Shown: positions 10,568 through 23,746 of the stretch, in pieces | Position numbering within the stretch: position 1 is the first letter of the stretch | Layout: each line of letters opens with the position of its first letter | Assembly: GCA_016906335.1 (NCBI GenBank) | Contig: JADEYG010000015.1 | Location: 1 to 64,000, forward strand | Length of the DNA: 64,000 nt | From: Novakomyces olei | Taxonomy: Eukaryota | Reading direction: 5' to 3' | The notes under the pieces: generated by a model | The model's database searches: none | What the model was told of the DNA's origin: nothing | The model's input: only the letters and a program-made list of their open reading frames with translations | Position numbers and translations under genes: made by a program

Positions 10568-10865
10568 TGTGAATTACCTTAACATACCCGCGCTTTTTCC
10601 CATACATTAACGGCGCATTATGCAGTAAAATCCGTCCCTGAAAACCCTCCCTACAAATTTCTACTGCATTTCTTATTTACATTACGCCGTAATTCGCGCG
10701 TATGTTAAGGTAATTAGCATGACCCCCCCCTCATACATTAATTTATTTTTTGGACCGCATTACGCCGCAAAATCAAACCGAAAACCCTGTCCAATTTTCA
10801 ATGCTATAATAATCACATAACAAATTATTGATTTTGCGGCGTAATGCGCGCTGGAATATGTATAA
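10568..10865 (+). repeat. Hairpin module A, copy 3 (ends ggaatatgtataa)
   Basis: Stem aattaccttaacatac / gtatgttaaggtaatt, plus a perfect 21-bp pair cgcattacgccgcaaaatcaa (10756-10776) / ttgattttgcggcgtaatgcg (10828-10848). Same gacccccccctcatacattaa and gaaaaccct spacers as copies 1 and 2. Confidence 0.85.
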
Positions 10866-11003
10866 GTAATATCAACCGTTCGAACTTCAACATAACTTCA
10901 ATTAATTCAACAAAGATTATTATATAGACCGTTCGAACAATATATCCAACATCAATAATTTTAACACAAAAGCTTAGTTTTATAAATATTTTTTTATTTT
11001 AGA

Positions 11004-12182
11004 ATGTTAGGGTTTATACAGATCAAAAGACGTACGCGTAGTGCGGTCATGTTAAATCGCCGTAAACGAAAGCCAGACGTGGCTAATGTTGACCGTGCTG
11101 GTGAAGCAAAATTGAAAATGATTGATAATGAGGAAATCGATGAAATGCGTTTGAATTCCTCGTCCGCAGTTAATGATAAGTTTCACGTCAGCGCCTTCAG
11201 GACTGCGTTTGAGGCATGGATCCCGCTTGAAACGCCGGTGACCGTTGCATCCAGTTCTGGAGTTAAGATATGCAATATACCATCTGCGTTTATTCAGCGC
11301 AGTCATTATGCAAATTGCGCTTATCTTGAGTTTGTCGTCGCATCTATCATACAAAACAAAGGTGTTCTCGAGTTCAATGGAACCCGTTGCCTACCGAATG
11401 ATCCCATTCAGGTGGGGAAATATGTTTATATAGTTGATGGTAAGTCGCAGATGAGAGGATGTTTAGACTGACTGTTTAGAAGATGCAGAAGAACTGAGAC
11501 CGCAAGAGGGACCCGAATCAAAAAGCAAAGCAAGGCCTTTTCGAAATTTACATCTTGATGAGCTTACGTCGACGTACAGCAAGTCTTCACGGAGCTCATA
11601 CGGACAGGTAGGGGAGGAAGAAATTTTCTTTGGTACTCACATGAACCTAGAATCGGTTCAGGGAGCGTTTGATGATGAGAGATGGCGGCTGTCTAGTGTT
11701 TGGTGAGTTTGGAGAAGACAGATGTGAGGCCTGCCATATTATTCCCAAATCGCGCGGAAATTATGTATGTTTGACCGGAACCTAAGTTGTTTAGAGTTGT
11801 TGCTTACCTGTCTCAGCTTTTGCACGGAATCCTTGATGCTAGCATAGCTGACGCTTTCGATATCGATTCTGTGCAGAACGGACTGTTTCTTTCCTATGAA
11901 CTGCACAAATACTTCGACAAGTATATGTTTGGTATTTATTGTCCGGTAAGACAGTATACTGGAGATTAGAGTACTTAAAATTACCAGGAAACAGAGGTTT
12001 TCGAAATTCATTGTTTTGTGCCGAAGGACAATTTGTTGGACTATCACGGAAAGCAGCTTCTACTAAATCCGAGGTTTAAAAAATACTGGCCCCGTAAAGA
12101 GTTTCTTGACTGGCATTACCGTCAATGCGTGATGGCCAGACTTCGAAGACATTCTTCATTCATGAGCGCAGAACAGGCATGA
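11004..12182 (+). CDS. HNH endonuclease (HNH_2-like) family protein, paralogue A, 4 introns
   Basis: GT-AG introns at 11440-11479, 11608-11650, 11765-11816 and 11946-11987 give a continuous frame with RDGGCLV, EACHIIPKS, NGLFLSYELHKYFD and WHYRQCVMAR. Start codon uncertain. Confidence 0.85.
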
Positions 12183-13149
12183 TTTCATGAGCCGAGACGC
12201 GTAACAATTTATCCGTCTGTAAACCATGGACAATGTATATCGATTATTTTGAGAAATTAAGAGCCAAAATTTTGATTATCGAGGTGATCCGATCCAGCAA
12301 TATAAAAATGATAGCTGTCATCTTTTTATTGGCCTGGCTACGGACATATATTGTCAACATATGAAGTTTTGACACATCTGGAGCGATATGGTCAGAACGA
12401 ATGCCTATTTCACTAGTCAATTCTACTAATTGCTCTTGAATCAGTCCAATGTCCATAGGACATATGGGCCTAGCAGCTGGTTCGAAAGTTCAGCCAGTGG
12501 GCCGTCGCCAAGATCAGAATATGAAGGTCAACCAATGAATCGTACGTGAGTTTGATTCTTTCTGCCCAACCAATCACGCTTAAATCGGCGATCTTGTCAA
12601 ATATATTTCACCCTTTAGCAATACGACATCAAAATATATTGCTGTAATAATTTGCATCAACCGTTGTCTCCAAGATTTTAGAAGCATGGCTGGCCTTAGT
12701 CGTCATAAATGGCTCTTCTTTCGGATCTGTGCATGCACACAATAGTCCGCAACTAAAATTGTTTTGGAATAGCTAGGCTTTGCATGGAAAGTCTCCAAGA
12801 AAGCGAGGTCAATACCGCATGGAGAGGCAAGTTCAGTAGTTTCATACCGCGAGATGCATTTGAACGTCTCAGGAAAGTGCGGTGATCCTTTAAGGTAAAT
12901 TTAGTACCATAAAGTTGTGGCGGCACATCTTGTCTGTCCGGCTCGTGATTTTTTAGTGTCTTTCGGGATACCTCTGGTCTCTTGAGAATTTCAATATCAA
13001 TTTACGTCCATTAGCGCAGTTTGATATATGTCTTCAATCCAGGATTGGCCTCTTTCCTGGTCGTATATTTAAGTTCGAGACACTGACGCCTCAATATTTG
13101 AACAATGATAACTATTCTTGCGATAGAAAAAATTTTATTCGCAAATCCC

Positions 13150-13650
13150 CACATACGGGAGAGACGGCGGTGGCAATATCTAACCCTGTAAACATTTATT
13201 TCACAGCAGTGAACTTTCTGGTACGATGCGCCGAAAATATGCACTACACATTTTGTCACTTCTGAAGGAGGTATTTGTCAAACTTGATCTGCAGAGCCCG
13301 GTCAAATGTCAGGCCATTTGATGGTGTAAACAAATCAACAAAGCTATGAGCAATTGCACGCGAAAACCTTAACCAAGACCGTAGTGTACAATAGTATATG
13401 CCATTAACGTGTTTCTCGTTACGTTCTTTGAAGGGATACATCCATGGTCACGAAAGAAATGGTTCTATGCGAAATTCTAAATATCTCTGCAATGGCATTA
13501 CCAAATTGCTCACGGGACAAAAAGATGCAGTCTCGTTAAGTTTTCTGCTTTTTGATCTCTCCTTCGGACCGAGCGCAATGCTCAAAGCCTTCGTACAATG
13601 TGTTGAGCGTGTAGTCTTATTTGACCAGTGATCACTCGGTCCGTAAAACG
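13150..13650 (-). pseudogene. Heavily decayed HNH family paralogue E
   Basis: Fragments LGPKERSKSR, EFRIE, DLFTPSNGLTFDRALQIKFDKY and VVHIF, in different frames, match the intact paralogue at 61671-62495. Confidence 0.6.
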
Positions 13651-14059
13651 GAGCCACCGGTCAAGTCGATACCACCAAAATCGCCATTGCTACGGCTTAT
13701 CAGCTCTAGGCTACTTGACAATTAAAGCGTGAGCCACGATATACAAGTTACGATTATCGGCTCTTCCCTGTTGCGCAAAATAAACGGAGGCTTTTCATTT
13801 GGAATCTAGATTTGCTAGACCTCACCGGCCATTAACGGTATGGCTTGTATCTGATCCTGTCGTTTGCTTGCTTTGCTTGTAAGCCATCGTCCAGATCCAA
13901 TGATAGATCCAGGCCAAGAACTATTTTTGCCCCCATAAAGGTATTAAGGGCTGGGTTTGGTTGAGAAAATCAAAAAGCCGTGCACGATAGCGTCACACAT
14001 GCATCTCTCCCATATCATGGATTCGAGGAGTCCACAAAGACATAACTGTTCTACCTAGC

Positions 14060-14330
14060 GCCATGTGCTAGGCAAAAGAGAGTTGCTGATGAGCAGTACA
14101 GAACACGCTAGTATTTGTTCTGCAGCAGATACTCTAGAGCATATACCAGTCGGTATCAGAATAAAAAACGACAGCACGGAACTTTCCAAAGAACGGAGCT
14201 TCCTTGAAGACTTGGCAGACATACCAGGCGTTCCGAAAGTCATTTTGTACTTCGTGGAAGATCGCTATCAATATCTCGCACAAGAAAGGATTGGAACGCG
14301 CATCAGCAAGAACTGCATGGAAATTTGATT
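14060..14330 (+). pseudogene. Possible protein-kinase N-lobe remnant
   Basis: VGIRIK...ELSKERSFLEDLADIPGVPKVILY...YQYLAQERIG resembles kinase subdomains II-V; no intact catalytic loop is visible. Confidence 0.4.
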
Positions 14331-15410
14331 TAGTCAATCTGATTTCGCATTTCTTTTAATGGTCTAGCTCTTCAGCTTCTAAATAGGTATTCTGGTTGCA
14401 CTGCGGGCCGATTGCCACGGGACAAAAGCATCCGAATATTTGGCGAGACCATTCGAAGATCAATTGCCAATCATTAACAGGTAATGTTATTGATGATGAA
14501 TTGTTTCGTGGCTGCAAAAATCCACTGCAAACTTGCAGTTGAGCTCATATAGAGTCGTCCTCAGCCAAAGGCAGTAAGAACAGCCAATGTGCATTCCCAA
14601 GCGCCCGAGTAACTTCTCCAAAGGCAATTGACGGCGTGGGAATACGACAGCCTTTAAAACTCCACATACATTCTGTTGGTGCTCGCTTAATCCGGCACAA
14701 CTTTTTTAAAGCTGGAGCTTTTATCGAAAATAGCCACGAAAGAGAGACGACGTCAAGAGCTCGACAACAACTGGTCTTTTGAGCAGTAATGTGCCAGTTA
14801 TCTTGATTCAAACGCTCCTCTGCTGGCGACGGCGACATACATACGGTCATACGGCCGGCACGGCAATCAAATGACTCGCCACAGCAAATTCGGAACTCAA
14901 AAAATGAGATGTCTAAGAAACTTGCACGTCATGGGCATTGCACGTCATGGGCAGCGGCGCACCGCAATTTGGTCGAGCGCTACTATCAGATACAAAGGAG
15001 TCAATTATCATGGACATGGCTGAATTAATCTTGAGACAAACTTTATTTTTCTCCCAGCTTTCGGTGTACCGCGATTTCCCCTGAATCAATGGCTCAATTG
15101 AGGTCTTAAATTGTTGCGAATTTTGTGTCTATGATGCTGCTCTTAAGAATACATCCAGTATGTAGAGAATATAGAATGCAAAGTTTAAAGAGTAGCTCGT
15201 TAGAATTCAGAAGAATCTGGTTTGTGTACAGTTTTTCCTGGAATCTGCATGTCCTCCAAAGCTACCAGCCGACAGCATTAACTCATAGTACGGCACAATT
15301 TGTTGTCATTGTCTCGATATGGCTAACAAAGTTCATATTGAAGACGGGGCTCTGAGCATTATAATTCTCCTACAGAGCACTGGCTGCGCTTTTTGGATAT
15401 CAAATGCTCA

Positions 15411-16227
15411 TCATACCATGGATACTGCAAAACCTCTAAATCTCGTCAATACACATTGTGTGTAATGCCAGCGTAGAAGAGGAGGGTAAGGCTTATCACG
15501 GTCGCGAACTAAATCTATGAACATGATCTCCTTTCCGTGATATTCAGATACATCATCTAGAAATGAATGAACATAATATCGTCCATTCTCAACCCAGATA
15601 CCAAAGACATATCGATCGAAAGCTTTATGCAATGAAGAACTGAGGGTCAGCCCGTTTCTCAACGCTGTACAAACCAACACGACCCTGAGTAAGCTCAAAT
15701 AAAAAGTTTTGGCCAAGGCTGTAGGGAATGATATGGCACGCTTCATTATAGTTTATATTTCTTTGGCCGCTGACCATACAGCGACCAAAATCGCGTATGA
15801 AGCATTCGAGACGAAATTGTGTTTGTCTTTGCGAGCTCCTCGAAGAACTACTTACGGTCGACAAACTATCAGTAACTGGGAGCGTTCGCATTCGCGATTT
15901 GCTCTGAGGTCCTGGTCAAAAGTTAATCTCGTAAGATGCAGGCTCGGCTAATATATACGTGGTCGGTAAAATTTCCGCATCTGACTCGCATGATCCTTCA
16001 TCGCAACATAACTTGATCGTCTCAGGTGCGTTCGTAATGGACGCAACGATAACTTCATAGAGATACTGAACCTTTTTCACACTGGCAAGTTTGGCACTAG
16101 CACAGAACTCAAAAGGCAGCTGAATAATCAGCTTGTTGTCGGAATTAACAATTTTGATGGTAAGGATGCTAGCCCAACTCTCCACAGAGGTTTTGTAAGT
16201 AGTCTCGTACAGCGGTTCACAAGACAT
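15411..16227 (-). pseudogene. Intronless HNH family paralogue B with a nonsense codon and a frameshift
   Basis: Colinear with 61671-62495. INF*PGPQSK versus ILFRPGPQGK (TGA at 15916-15918). One extra base near 15655 before NGLTL. Retains EACHIIPYS, LHKAFD and WHYTQC. Confidence 0.85.
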
Positions 16228-16479
16228 TGTAGATTTAGTGCTCCAGCAGTCAATCAAGACCCCCAGTTAAGCTGACAGCGGTCGAACTGACATGGGCAAG
16301 GGATCAATTATTCAATTGTATAGGCTGGAGGCGTTATTGAAAATCATTACCAGGTTTTTCTCTACTGGAAATATAACCTGCTTCGTTTCTGACGATTTGA
16401 AGACGGAATGAGTGACGAGGTGATGTCGCAGGAAGTGTTTAGCAATCTTTCAAATTGAAAGACACGGCTATCTATTATT

Positions 16480-16860
16480 GCTAGCGACATTTTGATGTAT
16501 GTCAAGACTGAGAAAACCCTTATCACTGATATTTTGGCAAAATGTCAGAGCGCGCTAGTAGATTACCCATATATTAAACAGCAAAAAAAATCACTTTCGC
16601 AGCAATATCAATGAAGGAGACATTCTATTGGATAAAACGGCAGGGCTAGCTGACATTTCGCAGCAATATTGATAGGTTGAGGATGTTTTATGAATACATA
16701 TAGATTTCATTCATTGCCTTTAGGGCGAGGGTATATATTTATAAAGATCATATTGCAAAGTGCATTTGCATATTTTATATTTATTTGATAATAATATACT
16801 ATAGATATAGCCTACCTGAATAAATATCCGTCTTGACTTAAGTCCAGGAATATGTATAGA
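16480..16860. repeat. Degenerate inverted copy of modules C/B followed by junction motif caggaatatgtatag
   Basis: gagaaaacccttatcactgatattttggcaaaatgtc...gcgctagtagattacccatatattaaac matches the reverse complement of about 2185-2255; ends ccgtcttg...ggaatatgtatag. Confidence 0.75.
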
Positions 16861-16895
16861 ATAAATGTAGTCGCCGGCCGCATACACGACCGTTG

Positions 16896-18500
16896 ATGGA
16901 GCATGATGCTTACTATGAATTTGGGCCTATTTTGGACGTGACAGAATACAATACAGTATTGAGCGTCTTTGGTATTTGGCTGAGATTGAAGATTTTACTT
17001 ATTCTGTTTTTAGGTCTATCTGTTGTAGTCTTTGGACTGGCTTCAAAATTCGTGAAGCATCGTCTTTTTATCAATGAGCCCCGTAAGCCAAATCTTTAGA
17101 AAAACCCGTAATAATTTGTGCAGTCATTTATTTCCTTGTTGGGATCGCGCTTGGTCCGGAAGGCGCCAATTTCATTCGGCCATCATCGTGGGGCCCTGTT
17201 GACCAGATTACTCATGTAATATAAACGACTTTTTGGTTTAATATCGGTGATCTCTCTGACATTGAAGGGATTGGCCCGTCTGGTTCTCGGCATTCAGCTT
17301 TTCATCATTGGGATTGATCTACCGGCACAATTTATTTACCGGCAGTGGAAAAGTCTTGCAGTCCTTTTGCTTCGTATGTTTTATTTAATATTCAAATGCT
17401 CACATTTTAGCGTGTATGACGTTGACTTGGATAATTGCGTCAATAATTATCTATCTCTGTTTTAATATACAAAAGTTCGTAAGTTTTGTTTCATTATTGA
17501 AAACGCTATTTACCTTCTTTCTGACTCTACATAGTTACATGCTATGATCATTGGAGCTTGTGTCACCCCAACTGATCCTGTCTTATCAAACTCAATTGTG
17601 ACAGGCGAATTTGCGGAAAAAAATGTCCCCTTAATTTTGCGTCATATTGTTGTTACAGAGGCAGGAGCCAATGATGGTAGGCACTGTACAAGCAGACTGG
17701 AAAGCTTACAGTTAGGTTTTGCTTACCCGTTCCTATTTCTTGCTATATACTTGGCAGATTATAGAGATGGACATTCTACCGGACTTTGGTTTGTCAATAC
17801 AGTCATCTACGAGGTTGTATTCTCCGTTGTTTATGGTTTTTGCGTTGGATATCTGTTCAAGCAATTTCTGTATTTTGCAGCACGACGTGATTTGGTGGAC
17901 AGAGAATCATTTGTAATTTTCGCAGTTGCAACTTCACTTTCTATCTTGGGAACAGCGGGCATGATAGGAACAGATGATTTATTAGCTTGCTTCATTGGTG
18001 GAAATGTGTTTGCGTGGGACAATTTTTATCATTCAATGACTGATAAAGAGTCTCTACATCCTATCATTGATATGATGTTGAATATCACTGTGTTTTGTTA
18101 TTTTGGAGCGGTTGTACAATGGAAAATGTTTAACTTTGTTAGTTTGGGTCTGGACTTTTGGCGATTTATAGTGTTTGGAATTACGTTACTACTTTTCAAG
18201 CGTCTTCCGGCGACTATATTGTTGTGGAAAGCTATTCCGGCGGTTACTTCTTTTAAAGAGACCCTGTTTCTAGGGTATTTTGGGCCCATTGGCATTGGTG
18301 CGTTATTCTACGTGATGCCAACGTTAGACGCTATTCGAGCGCAAATCGGTGACCCGTCTAAGCATCGACTATACGAAATCACAACGCCTATAGTTCATTT
18401 TGCAATTATTTCGTCTATATTGGTTCACGGGCTAACATTACCTTCGATGAAATTTGTCAAAATCCTGCACAAATATATGAAGTCTAACTCTGAGAGCTGA
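16896..18500 (+). CDS. Na+/H+ antiporter (Nha1/Sod2, CPA1 family), several 5' introns
   Basis: Motifs GACVTPTDPVLSNSIV, EAGANDG, GTDDLLACF, GYFGPIGIGA and SILVHGLT. Upstream exon fragments (VKHRLFINEP, RLVLGIQLF) are separated by short GT-AG introns. Confidence 0.9.
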
Positions 18501-19869
18501 GCGATGTGCTCTCAGTTGAGAATTGACGCGTGATGAAAGGTTCGGTCTCACCTTCTTGCACAACTAATCCTAACCCTGAATATAGAATTTAGAGGAGTTT
18601 TCAGTGAGTAATGTAGAAACAGAATTATCCATGTAAAGGGCAATTTATTTCAAAGAAATTTTATTAGATATAAGTTTTATAGAGTCATTTTCTCAACAAA
18701 ATTATTATATAGATATTTGTCAGTAGTAAATAGAATAAGATCGAAGCCAATACAAAAGACTAGTTTTAAACCGAATAATGCAACTTTACGGAGAGAATGC
18801 GTTTTACATTGGCCCTGTACCTTGTTCTTGTCATTCATTCCTTATTTTTATCTTAGTGTAAACAAAAGACGTCTAGGCCTCCTTAGAAGGCAATGCAGTA
18901 ATCCTTTATTTGATCACCTTTTTCATCATTCTCTCTATTGCCAGCGAATGGTTTTCTCTTCTGCTAGCATATGAAATTAGATATGTCGACTTCATTATAA
19001 AAAATAATGTCATTACGCAGTTCGAAAAAGCCGAGATTAGGATTGTATGCCATCTAGATATTGAAGATTTTTGTGGCTGCAGATTCCAAAAATCAATTTT
19101 ATCAATGAATCCCGATGATCAATATATTCTATTCAAATTTCCTACTACAATTAAGAAGGTCTTGACGTTACCAGCACTTATATCAGTAACCAGCTATTTC
19201 ATCAATCGCAGTGTATATTCGCAATGTGATACTCATTCCTCCAAATATAATACTCTGCTGCATAATATTTTTTAGACGAATACAGAATGATAGCATTCTA
19301 AATTACTGCAGCACTCAAACCAACGGGTCATCTTTATCTAGCCTGACAGATTGTTCATAGCGGACTCTGACTGACTACAAGGTCCTTACCAGACTTTTAC
19401 TAACACTTTCAATTTAAAAGGCATGAACGACGCTCAGCGTCATGGCCCACTGACCCACTGCGCTCTTATCGAGACACCTTTGTCGCTGCGTGGGAGCGGT
19501 AGGAATTTCCTGATATAGTCACTGTCGTATTCTTAATTCAGTTTTGGTTTATATTAACTGTGTACTGGACATAGATCCAACAATATTTTCTTTTTCGTTT
19601 CGCTAATTGGAACAGATTATCGAAATGTGTCCGGAGCTGTTGTACTCGCTTTCGGTATCAAATAGCTAAGTCGGAACCGCTGTGAAATTCGAAAAAGCAT
19701 ATATATGAATAAATCTCAGATTGTGGACACAATGGCTATTGTCGCGATAGATAAGATAGCTCGGCTCGTGGCTACAACATATTTGCTGCGAGGTTTCTAA
19801 AGCGCGTCATTTTTCCTTCGAGTTGCCGCGTAGCAATCGCTACTGCGTCTTCGCCACGTCAAAAGTTCC

Positions 19870-21020
19870 TGCGATGAAAGACGTGGAACTAATCTCAGTC
19901 TCATCATGAAATGGCGAAGCCATTGGCAAACCAACACGCGATACTCGGTTCGCGCTTTAATTTATGGAGCACTCTGGGGCTTGCTTTCTCATTCACTACC
20001 ACGCCATTGAGCACTTTATTGTATCTTACCTTTAGCTTATTGCAGGTGGTAGTTCTCTTTTCTTTTGTAGCTATGTAGTAGAGGCGATTTTGAACTTGCT
20101 CGTCTGGGCTAGCCTAAGCGAAGTTGCCGCTTTTCTTTTATACTATTCTGGTGAGCAAATCGTTCTTACGGCGTTTTCGCTAACCATCATTAGGTTAAGC
20201 TTGGTGGACCGCTCGGCTTGCATCAAAGTACGGCCTTTTCGGACTATTTACAATTTGCGAGCCTTCATTTACGGCTGAATCTTATCAGACGTATCTCCTT
20301 TACGTATGCCTGGCTCTATTTGCGGTGCCCATGAATACATTTGGGATCAGATTAATGCCATACATTTCGAAAGTAATGTTACTTTTAACGCCCGCTCATT
20401 GTTCACCTTCATTTTATTGGTACACTCGCATCCAAAAAGAAGAGCAACTGTAGTATTTGTCATGATTGTTAAAGAAACAGGCTGGGGCTTTATTGGTCTT
20501 GTTTTTTCCTGAGTCTACTTCCGACTGCAACAGCAATTATTGAATTCGATACAGCTGCTCACATGGCCGACGAAATATCTAATCAGCCGTGCCGTGCTCC
20601 ACAAGTCATGATGGGCACAGTTTTATTATGCGCACTGGGCAGTCTCGCTTATGGTGCTTGTGTATCTTCTGTAGATGAAACCAAAAAACCTGTACAACCC
20701 TGTTGGGCGGGCAGGTTATCTTACGGCTAATGGTAGACAGTTGTCACTCCCTCGCACTGGAAATAATTTAGGCATTGACATTTATCTATCTTTTTATGTT
20801 CTCATGCGCGTCTGTTATGACGTCCGGTAGCATAGTTTCTGGGGATTTGCAAGTCGTTGTCCCATTCAAAGCGGCTGGAAAAGGTTTACTCTACGCGTAT
20901 AAGATTCCTGTAGATGCCATTCTGAGCATTTTCGGTTTTTGTGTACTCTTGGGTTTTCTCGTCTTTGGATGGGCTAATGTGTTGACAAGCATCATTAAAA
21001 TGGAGCTTAAAATCTTGTAA
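19870..21020 (+). pseudogene. Decayed amino-acid/polyamine (APC) permease
   Basis: Fragments WASLSEVAA, DTAAHMADEI...APQVMMGTV and hydrophobic segments, broken by many stops and frameshifts. Confidence 0.5.
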
Positions 21021-21488
21021 ATAAATTAGACATTTAAAACCCGTTGATGGGTAGCGGCATTTTCACATACAATTATATTCACATTATGTATATAAAAGCC
21101 AAATACATATATTTATATAGGGATGTGAGGCGTTTAGTTCAATTTTATAGTTGTTTGTACTCAGCATTTAGGATCACGAAGGTACGAAAATTAAAGTATC
21201 ATTCATGGGGCGACAGAAAATTTCAGAATTCTGCATTTTTTCAAATTGAAGTAACTCTAAATAAACGAAATGCTCCGCTAAATTGCATATTTGAATAGGG
21301 GCTTGAATCCTTCTTTCACAAACCGCTGTAAGCAGCCTTAAAGAACATTTAAAGCTTTCAAACGATTCAATAGATGACGCAGAGATTGTAGGGATAGTGC
21401 GCTCTTTTTACCTCTACTACGTTGATATGTTGATGCAGAGCGTTGCCAGCAAACAAACATCAATAGCAGCCAAAGGCATAGGTATCAT

Positions 21489-22658
21489 TCAAATAAAAGA
21501 AGAGTGAGTGCGGAGTCTAGCCATAGCGCACTGGCGGTAGTGCCAATCGAAACATTCCTTCCAAGGCCAATAATCGCGGTAGTTTGGGTTGAGTTTTAAT
21601 TTTTGTCCATGGTATTGGGGAAAATAGTCAAAACAATGAATTTCATAATCACCGTTCTTCACTCATATTAGCAAAAATATTAAATCTTTATTTAGTCATA
21701 TACCCTGCAATATATCCCAATTTTATATTTGTCAAACTGCTTATGCAGCCCGGATTCTAGAATTAATCCATTTTGCATGTCGTCAATGTTTGCCATTAAC
21801 GCGATAGGCTCAGGGAGTAATTTCCTTAGAAGCTGTTTTTAGTCAAAAAATTTGCCCAAGATATTACAAATAAAGAAAATAAAGAGTTTAAAAAGCCTTT
21901 TTAGATTGGAGCCCTACGTCGTTGCCTCTGCTCTTTGGGATTATATGACAAGCTTCACAGCCGTCCCTGAACATTGGAAGTCCCGATATGAGACATCCGC
22001 CATCTCTATATCCGACCACATTTCGAAATTTATTCTAGACACAGAATAGTCAGTAAGCGAGCCAACTCAAAGAAGAATGAAGACTAACTTGAGTAGGAGA
22101 ACTACGCGACGATTTGCTGTAGGTAGATGAATATTCGTCAATATTAGGTCGTTTGAATGGCAGAGCAGGGTTTTTGGACTCTGGGCCTTTGCATAACTCA
22201 ATTTCGCAGTCGTCTAGGGTAATTAGAGCAGACAAAATGTGAGCAAGGTAATTACCTTCAATACAATAGGTATAACGCGTAAACTGTAGCTTTTCGCCGA
22301 GTTTACATTTCACATCGTTCAATTTCAGTGTGCCTTCGTTCTTCACAATAGATGAAACAACGTACAGTAGATATCGGCAATCAGCATATTGAATCGCCTC
22401 AAGAAAGGCCGATGGAATTGCACAGATAGTCACACCTGAATTTGATACGACAGAGACTACCTCTGGTGCTTTGGAGGGGAGCCATAAAATGACGGCAGTG
22501 TCAAACTGTTGTGGCTTGAAAGAAGTTGAAGCTGCCAGCGCGTCTTGTCCTACAAAATCAGACTCATTACTCCCTGTTTCTTGTTCTGTTTCCTCTAGAG
22601 GTCGGTTTGCCCGCTGATGAGATTGCTCGCCGCCCACTTTGCGCCTTTTACGTACCAT
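21489..22658 (-). CDS. HNH endonuclease family protein, paralogue C, 4 introns at positions equivalent to paralogue A
   Basis: Spliced frame: ...GPESK...YSKSSRSSPTQ | NKFR...RDGGCLIS...EACHIIPKSRGND | ...QNGLILESGLHKQFDKY...YCR | ...WHYRQCAMARLRTHSSFI*. Confidence 0.85.
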
Positions 22659-22801
22659 GTATATTGTCGTATGTCAGAGCTTTTATTCACTATGAAGAGA
22701 TTAACCCTTAATAAATAAATTGAGGATTAACCCCAAACCTATATAGTTCTTAGATATTGTAATAATGGAGCATGTTAGTAATAACTCCATGTTGGAGTTA
22801 T

Positions 22802-22967
22802 TGTTATTTTATCTTGAAGTAGAGTTCTTGAGGTAGAAATAGTTGCATTAGCGACGAACAGTAGCTTCAGCTGAATCCCTCGGAGGTTCTAGGAATTTGC
22901 TTGGGCTACATATATGACTATGTATTTTTCTAGTGAGATCCAGTAAAACTAAAGTCATAACAGGCAC
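22802..22967 (-). mobile_element. Degenerate LTR fragment related to the Copia LTR at 10131-10408
   Basis: gcttcagctgaatccc...gcttgggcta..tatatg.actatgtattttt..gtgag...gtaaa.ctaaagtca matches the reverse complement of about 10240-10408. Confidence 0.75.
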
Positions 22968-23535
22968 GAAGGACGTATCTGAATTTGAAAGGGTTAGCGA
23001 GAATTTCAGTTAGGTGGCTATTTTCCGATAAGCCGACCGTGCAAAGGTCGTAAAAGTCGTCAAAAATAGAAAAGCATTCATGCAGGGCAAAAGAAACGCC
23101 AGTGCCCCTTCAAGCATTACCCTTGCCGTCAAGAACAGAGCTTGATATAACACTATATCATGTTCGAGGCTTTCATTCGGCTGCTTCATCGTGGCTTCAG
23201 CAGACAAGTGAGCTGGAATCTTGTTATGCCGTTCTTGCAAAAAGTTACCAATCACTCGTGCCTTGCGCAATTTAACTGCTGCGGGAATGGCAGAGATTGT
23301 TTAACGTAGAAGCGCGAAGAAACGCGTAAATGCGACCAAATCATATCCATTGCATTAATACAGCAAGCCCAGCCGCTGAGTAATTCTGCTTTTGCACCAG
23401 TGACGTTGTTGGGTGGAGTACGGAACCGGTCTATAGAAAGCACTTCCTGTGTACGCCTAGCATCGTCAGAGAAAGACGTAAACCGCCTCTTTCGCTGTAC
23501 TGGACCGTAAAATTCCAGGATGTGTTGAAGCCAGC

Positions 23536-23563
23536 GGTTAGGGTTAGTTAGGATTAGGGTTAG
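23536..23563 (+). repeat. Interstitial telomere-like tract ggttagggttagttaggattagggttag
   Basis: Same TTAGGG/TTAGTTAGGG units as the terminal tract, in the opposite orientation. Confidence 0.7.
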
Positions 23564-23746
23564 AACTAAACCCTATGGAGATGGAACAGGCATAACACGG
23601 ATTTACGCTCTGCTTGGTGGCCCCATCCAAGGACATTATCTCATCTTGTAGTTGCAATGTTCGGAGATAAGCGGCATATCTGCGAATGCTTACAAATTGA
23701 AGTGTTCTATTAATACTCGGGATCTACGGGATGGATAGCACAGAAA

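Noticed and set aside
18870-19500. Possible second kinase remnant on the minus strand (DISAGNV, IDF-like fragments)
   Set aside because: Fragments are too short and out of frame to support a call by eye.
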